Source: a virus. Taken from it: a DNA stretch of 64,000 nucleotides. Below the pieces are notes generated by a model. The model made no database searches. It was not told the origin of the DNA and was given only the letters and a program-made list of their open reading frames with translations. Where the stretch lies: the IMG/VR virus record IMGVR_UViG_3300042114_000252, one strand, 5' to 3'. How positions within the stretch are numbered: the first letter of the stretch is position 1; each line of letters opens with the position of its first letter. A program made the position numbers and the translations under genes. Below, one piece after another: positions 59,313 through 64,000 of this stretch.

Positions 59313-60035
59313 ATGATACAACTATTAAACATTTCAACAACAACACTACAATTTTTTTCTTTAAAAATATTAAAAGAACAAGAATTAGAATTTGAAACAA
59401 CATTAAAAGAAGATTTCTTACAAATATGCAATAAATCAGAAAATGATTTAGTTTATAATTTACAAAATGAATATCCAACAATTAAATATGATATTTTAAA
59501 AGCATTATTAGAAACTAACACAACTACTACTGAACCTAAACAAGAAATAAATGATGAAGTTAGTTTATTATTACAATCTAATAATAATTTTAAAGACCTA
59601 CAACCAACATTAAAAGAAAATAATTTAATTATTAAATTAGACTATTCTCAATATAAAGAAACTAATAAATATTTACAAGCAAAAGAAAAATATGTAGATT
59701 ATAGAACAAAAATAATTTCTTTAGAACAAGAAATTATTCATAGAGTTAAAAATGAAACTTCTAAAACAAAAAAATGTTCACATTGTAATAGCATAATAGC
59801 AAAAGAATATTTAGAAAATATTTCATGTCCAGTTTGTAAATCAAAAGATTATTTAATTACAGAAACAGATTCTAGAAGATTTGCAAGTTATCAAAATTAT
59901 TTAGAAAAAAACAAAGAAGCATTTTTAGAAAGTATTTCTTTAGACAAAGAAAATGAAGAATATACTTATTATTTTTTTATCAATTTTAATATTTTATTAT
60001 TACCTACACTTTTAGAAAAATATCAAAATATTTAA
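59313..60035 (+). CDS. Hypothetical protein with a zinc ribbon (CSHC...CPVC)
   Basis: ORF track, 240 aa; RBS AGGA. Confidence 0.75.
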   Translation: MIQLLNISTTTLQFFSLKILKEQELEFETTLKEDFLQICNKSENDLVYNLQNEYPTIKYDILKALLETNTTTTEPKQEINDEVSLLLQSNNNFKDLQPTLKENNLIIKLDYSQYKETNKYLQAKEKYVDYRTKIISLEQEIIHRVKNETSKTKKCSHCNSIIAKEYLENISCPVCKSKDYLITETDSRRFASYQNYLEKNKEAFLESISLDKENEEYTYYFFINFNILLLPTLLEKYQNI

Positions 60036-60183
60036 GCTTTGTTTTATATTTATAACAATACAATATATAAAACAAAAAAAAGGAATATTAAAATGGCAGA
60101 ATCACAAAAACATGGTTTTAAATTTGAAGAATATGTTTTAGATAACAAAATGTTAGAAATAAGAAACATTTTTAAAAAAAATA

Positions 60184-62421
60184 TCAAAACATAACAATCC
60201 TAATATTCCCACTATCATAAATTCTTCTAAAACCTATATTATATAAATTATAAGTTTTACTAATATTATCATTATATTCATAATTTAAATTAACATTTTT
60301 ATTATTTCTATATTTTAAATATTCTTTTTTATTTTGTTTTAATTCATTAACTATATTAATAATTTTGTTCTTATTATTTAATTCTTCTTTTTGATATATT
60401 TTGTGAATATTATTATTTAAAATATATAAATAATTTGGTTTGGTTTTAAATGCTATAACATTAGTTTCATTATTATCTACTTCATTATTAATTAACATTA
60501 AATCATTAAAACTATCAATCAATGAAAACTTATTCCATCTTCTATTAGCATAATAAGTTATTTTTTCTACATTTTGTGTGGAAAATAATATATTATTTAT
60601 ATCAGTATTATTTGTTTTTAAATAATTAAACAAATATTTAATTACTTTATAATTATTTAATTTTGAATCAATTTGAAAATCTTGTTCTATAAAATCTATT
60701 GAATTACATATATCTACAATAGTAAATTCTTTTTGTTGGAAGTTTGAGACATTGTTAACTACAAAACCTAAAAAACCATATATTAAACTTATTAAATTAC
60801 TAGTTTTTTTATCATATAAACCAAAAAATACTACATTATTTTCTTTATGTTTTAAAAATAAATTATTAAAACTATATTCATTGTATTCCAAAGAATTATT
60901 TTCTAAAAAAGTAATGATTATTTCTTTATTTTTTTGAATATTATTGTAGTCTATTTCTTTTATATATATATTTTCATTATATTCATAACTTAAATTAACA
61001 TTTTCATTATTTTTATTATTTAGTTCTTTTAATTTAATAGAAATATTTTGTTTTAATATATTTAACCATATTTTTTTCTTTTGTTGATTTAGCCACTCAT
61101 CTTCATTAATTTGAAATAAACTAATCCCTTTTTCTTCACATAAATTAGTTTTAATTTGATGCAAATATTTTTCTTTTGCTTCTTTTTCAAAATTATTAAA
61201 AATAGAACGCTTATGTTTTCCAAATGAATGATACAACAAACCATTATATTCTATAGCTATATTAAGCTTAGGAATATAAATATCTAATTCTTTTCTTACA
61301 TTTTGTAAAGCTTTTCTATCATTAATTAAAACTTCTTCTTTAGCTAAATCAAGAGGAAACATTTTTAATATTTCTTTTTGTAATTCCTTTTCCATATTTC
61401 CAAAACTGTCTAATTGTATTCCTTCAAATGCTTTTTTGTTATTTTTTAAATAAGTGTTTAAAGATGTTATATTTATATTAAAAAATAATAAAACCTTTTT
61501 TTTATCTAATTTTTTTTTTCCTCTATTGATATATACAAAATTATTTATTATATATTCTACATTAAATAATTCTATATTTAATATATGTTTTTGAGTCGGA
61601 CTTTTACAACCATATCTTTTTAAACTAGTATTTATTGCTCTTTCTCTTATTTCTTTATTTTGTAAAGTATATTCTTTTCCATAATTTTCTAAACAAGTAA
61701 CCTTTCGTTTTTCTTTCACTTCTTCATTTTGTAGAGCATATTCATTTCCATATCTTTCTAAACATGTTTTTTTTGATTTATTCCTTACTTCTTTATTTTG
61801 TAGAACATATTCATTTCCATATTTTTCTAAACATGTCTTTTTTGATTTCTTTTTTACTTCTTCATTTTGAGAAGCATATTCTACACCATATCTTTCCATT
61901 GTAGTTTTTTTTGCTTTATTTTTTATTTCTTCATTTTGAAATGGATTTTCACATCCATATTTTTTTAATGAAACATTCTTTATTTTTTCTTTTATTTCTT
62001 CATTTTGAAATGGATTTTCACATCCATATTTTTCTAAACATGTTTGTTTTATTTTTTCTTTAAATTCTTCTTTTTGAAATGGATTTTCACAACCATGACG
62101 TTCTAAACAAGTTTTTTTGATTTTTTCATACCTACACTTATTTGAACAAGTTGAAGAATATAATATTCTATTAAATTTAGTTGGGTTTAAATTACATATT
62201 TCACACATATTTCTTTTTGTAATATTATTATTTAAACAATAATACCTTTCTTCATTTGATATTGTATTATCATTAGGAAGAAAACTAGTAAAGTGAAATA
62301 AAGATTCTTTGAGAATTATATCATTTTTTAGATATTGATTTATTTTTGAAGAAGACAAAAAACTTGTTTTAGTTAAACAATTTGTCTTTAAAAATTTAAG
62401 TAATTCTTCTTTTGAAAGCAT
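60184..62421 (-). CDS. Putative homing endonuclease (Hef/Vsr-like nuclease domain) with eight 23-aa TCLEKYG repeats
   Basis: Repeats TCLEKYGCENPFQNEEIKEKIKN; nuclease motif ELDIYIPKLNIAIEYNGLLYH...QINEDEW. Confidence 0.75.
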   Translation of the reverse strand: MLSKEELLKFLKTNCLTKTSFLSSSKINQYLKNDIILKESLFHFTSFLPNDNTISNEERYYCLNNNITKRNMCEICNLNPTKFNRILYSSTCSNKCRYEKIKKTCLERHGCENPFQKEEFKEKIKQTCLEKYGCENPFQNEEIKEKIKNVSLKKYGCENPFQNEEIKNKAKKTTMERYGVEYASQNEEVKKKSKKTCLEKYGNEYVLQNKEVRNKSKKTCLERYGNEYALQNEEVKEKRKVTCLENYGKEYTLQNKEIRERAINTSLKRYGCKSPTQKHILNIELFNVEYIINNFVYINRGKKKLDKKKVLLFFNINITSLNTYLKNNKKAFEGIQLDSFGNMEKELQKEILKMFPLDLAKEEVLINDRKALQNVRKELDIYIPKLNIAIEYNGLLYHSFGKHKRSIFNNFEKEAKEKYLHQIKTNLCEEKGISLFQINEDEWLNQQKKKIWLNILKQNISIKLKELNNKNNENVNLSYEYNENIYIKEIDYNNIQKNKEIIITFLENNSLEYNEYSFNNLFLKHKENNVVFFGLYDKKTSNLISLIYGFLGFVVNNVSNFQQKEFTIVDICNSIDFIEQDFQIDSKLNNYKVIKYLFNYLKTNNTDINNILFSTQNVEKITYYANRRWNKFSLIDSFNDLMLINNEVDNNETNVIAFKTKPNYLYILNNNIHKIYQKEELNNKNKIINIVNELKQNKKEYLKYRNNKNVNLNYEYNDNISKTYNLYNIGFRRIYDSGNIRIVMF

Positions 62422-62430
62422 TAAAAAAAA

Positions 62431-63465
62431 TTATTCATCAGAATCAGAAGATTCATCAGCTAAAACTACACTTGAATCAGTTTTAATTACTTTTAATATT
62501 TTTTCTTCTATTTCTTGAGCTATTGAAGGATTTTCTTTTAAATAAACTTTACTATTTTCTTTTCCTTGCCCTAATTTAGAATCATTATAACTAAACCAAG
62601 CACCAGCTTTGTCAATAATATTTAATTTAACTCCATAATCTATTAACTCTCCCAATTTAGAAATACCCTCTCCAAACATTATATCAAACTCTGTTGTCTT
62701 AAAAGGGGGCGCTACTTTGTTCTTAACTATTTTCACTTTAGTTCTATTTCCAATAGGGTTTTCTCCTTGCTTTAAAGTAGCAATTCTTCTAATATCTAAC
62801 CTAACACTAGCATAAAATTTAAGAGCATTTCCTCCAGTTGTTGTTTCAGGACTTCCATAACCCATCATACCAATTTTCATTCTAATTTGGTTAATAAAAA
62901 TAACTGTTACATTCATTTTATTCATAATACCAGTTATTTTTCTCAATGCTTTTGACATTAATCTAGCTTGAACTCCAACTTGTTGATCATCCATATCTCC
63001 ATCTATTTCAACTTTTGGAGTAAGTGCAGCAACACTATCCACAACAATTAGATTAACAGCTCCACTTCTTACAAGAGTTTCAAGTATTTCTAAAGCTTGT
63101 TCACCATAATCAGGCTGAGAAACCAAAAGATTTTCAACATCTACACCAATATCTTTAGCATATTTTATATCTAAAGCATGTTCAGCATCTATAAATGCAC
63201 AAACCCCCCCATTTTTTTGGCATTCAGCAATAGCATGTAAAGTAAGTGTTGTTTTTCCTGAACTTTCTGGTCCATATATTTCTATAACTCTACCTTGAGG
63301 AAGTCCCCCAACACCTAATGAAACGTCTAAACCAATAGAACCTGTACTAATTACATCAATAGGCTCTATTACTTTATCTCCAAGTCTAATCACTGTCCCT
63401 TTTCCAAAAGACTTATCTATTTGTTTAATCGCATTTTCTAAATTCTTTTTTTGATCTTCTGTCAT
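62431..63465 (-). CDS. recA: Recombinase RecA
   Basis: [21 protein letters not shown] and [19 protein letters not shown] (Campylobacterota-type). Confidence 0.98.
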   Translation of the reverse strand: MTEDQKKNLENAIKQIDKSFGKGTVIRLGDKVIEPIDVISTGSIGLDVSLGVGGLPQGRVIEIYGPESSGKTTLTLHAIAECQKNGGVCAFIDAEHALDIKYAKDIGVDVENLLVSQPDYGEQALEILETLVRSGAVNLIVVDSVAALTPKVEIDGDMDDQQVGVQARLMSKALRKITGIMNKMNVTVIFINQIRMKIGMMGYGSPETTTGGNALKFYASVRLDIRRIATLKQGENPIGNRTKVKIVKNKVAPPFKTTEFDIMFGEGISKLGELIDYGVKLNIIDKAGAWFSYNDSKLGQGKENSKVYLKENPSIAQEIEEKILKVIKTDSSVVLADESSDSDE

Positions 63466-63482
63466 TTTTTTTTACCTTTATT

Positions 63483-63600
63483 TTTTTTTTGTATGGAATT
63501 ATATTATATTTTTAAAATAAAAACAAAAAACATTTTTTTATTCTTTCTATATTACTTTTATTTTTTTATTTTTTTTTAATATAATTCCATACAAAAAAAA
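63483..63600. repeat. Perfect 24-bp inverted repeat around a 70-bp spacer, between recA and the divergent ORF
   Basis: TTTTTTTTGTATGGAATTATATTA at 63483..63506; its reverse complement at 63577..63600. Confidence 0.9.
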
Positions 63601-63702
63601 CACAAACAACCTATATATACTCTTTTCATATTTTCTTTTTGTTTTTTAATAATATTAAACTTTTTATATAATATACATATATAATTTTAAGGACAAAAAA
63701 AG

Positions 63703-63909
63703 ATGCTAGAATTAACTCATTTAGAAAAAAAAGAACAATATGATAACATTTGTAAAAGTGTTATAGAAAATGCTTATCATAAAAAAACATATAATGTTTT
63801 AGAACAAATGTATTTAGATGGAATAACATTTTCCAAAGAATTAGTAGAATATATACTAAGTTTTGATTGTCCAGAATTTAACAAAATCTTACATACTTAT
63901 CAAATTTAA
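63703..63909 (+). CDS. Hypothetical protein
   Basis: ORF track, 68 aa; RBS AAGGA. Confidence 0.65.
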   Translation: MLELTHLEKKEQYDNICKSVIENAYHKKTYNVLEQMYLDGITFSKELVEYILSFDCPEFNKILHTYQI

Positions 63910-64000
63910 AATATATATACAATATATATATAAAAATATTTAATTAAAAAAGAAAAACACAGATACATATACTAAATGGAAAAACATAATACAAACCAAA

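Noticed and set aside
3377-60937. Many short antisense ORFs inside long genes (e.g. 3377, 4190, 10004, 22469, 27735, 44058, 47498, 58021, 60752)
   Set aside because: Phe/Leu/Ser-rich shadows of Lys/Glu/Asn-rich genes on the opposite strand, with no RBS.
61600-62150. Regular 69-bp repeats (and the 96-bp repeats at 1..316) as a CRISPR array
   Set aside because: They are in-frame protein repeats with no unique spacers, and no cas genes are present.
63976-64000. Partial ORF starting at 63976
   Set aside because: Only 8 codons lie in the window; it cannot be characterised.

Overview
Extremely AT-rich window with most genes on the - strand. It reads as a large mobile replicon (megaplasmid or jumbo phage/phage-plasmid) of a Campylobacterota host, probably Arcobacter-like, judging from the RecA, CbpA, FliY-like genes and tRNA-Arg(UCG). 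No virion structural genes are visible. The left end holds a GIY-YIG endonuclease with 32-aa tandem repeats (truncated by the window) and 17 tRNA genes in two arrays. Each array is preceded by a copy of the same cassette: an identical RBS/start, a 45-codon ORF ending SKxLxR-stop, and a conserved ~82-nt element with two mutually exclusive folds. This candidate leader-peptide/attenuator control of tRNA arrays is the most novel signal I found. Further along are a beta-carbonic anhydrase; two paralogous ~2,500-aa proteins flanking a membrane/coiled-coil + TAXI operon; ART-like and ART-GNAT proteins; a degenerate TraC/VirB4-like ATPase; an orphan C5 methyltransferase; a metallophosphoesterase; and FliY-like and FliM/N-like flagellar-switch homologues. 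There are also two non-autonomous IS607-type tnpB elements with omegaRNA-like ends, cbpA, a TPR pseudogene hit by both a tnpB element and a 45-bp palindromic mini-element, a repeat-containing endonuclease and recA. All family calls come from motif reading and recall; no database searches were run.
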